Of a stretch of DNA of 64,000 nucleotides, positions 63,973-64,000 are shown one piece after another. Origin of the DNA: a virus; the IMG/VR virus record IMGVR_UViG_3300046710_000150, positions 1 to 64,000 of that record; one strand, given 5' to 3'. The notes below the pieces were generated by a model, which did no database searches, was not told the DNA's origin, and saw nothing but the letters and a program-made list of their open reading frames with translations. Both the position numbers and the translations under genes were made by a program. The stretch's first letter is position 1. Each line of letters starts with the position of its first letter.

Positions 63973-64000
63973 GTCGCACCATCGTTCGCTACGGTCCCGA
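63969..64000 (+). CDS. hypothetical protein (5' end only)
   Basis: ATG two nt after GGAGGTCAAC (ATGA overlap). MSRTIVRYGP... runs off the window. Confidence 0.4.
   Translation, partial: MSRTIVRYGP

Noticed and set aside
1-64000. tRNA, tmRNA, rRNA, integrase/attP, and reverse transcriptase (DGR or retron).
   Set aside because: By-eye scanning of the few intergenic gaps found no T-loop-like GGTTCGAAT-type sequences or cloverleaf candidates. No ORF shows tyrosine/serine recombinase or RT motifs. A proper tRNAscan/Infernal run is still advisable.

Overview
High-GC (about 65%) dsDNA phage genome segment, siphovirus-type and actinobacteriophage-like; it could also be the interior of an intact prophage. 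All family assignments come from motifs I recognise by eye, since no searches were run.

Layout: about 100 tightly packed CDS, many with ATGA/GTGA/TGATG stop-start overlaps, in two divergent blocks.

1) 1-52.8 kb is transcribed leftward (minus strand). In transcription order it holds:
- about 25 small early/middle genes, including an RtcB RNA ligase and a QueD-like protein
- terS, terL and portal
- an unusual ~14.4-kb island inserted between portal and prohead protease: 4-5 glycosyltransferases, a SAM methyltransferase, Ig-like proteins, a LamG-like protein, two paralogous fibre proteins (one with a discoidin domain), two beta-repeat proteins and a LuxR-type regulator
- protease-scaffold with a His-rich insert, HK97-type capsid and connector proteins
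- two paralogous tail-tube proteins and G/GT chaperones with a GGGAAAC -1 slip site
- a 2595-aa tape measure protein with embedded GNAT-like, ParB-like and HPr-like domains
- tail-tip proteins, including a 1407-aa repeat protein ending in a papain/calpain-like Cys-peptidase domain
- a holin-containing lysis region

2) 52.8-53.77 kb is a non-coding divergent control region with four direct 11-mers.

3) 53.77-64 kb is a rightward block of about 30 small early genes. Many are preceded by a conserved GGAGGTCAAC element.

Other points:
- Seven HNH endonuclease genes are scattered through the window.
- Anomalies: a perfect 216-bp direct repeat, an in-frame amber codon followed by clearly coding sequence, and two local reading-frame switches.
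- I found no tRNA, rRNA, CRISPR array, integrase or recognisable endolysin.
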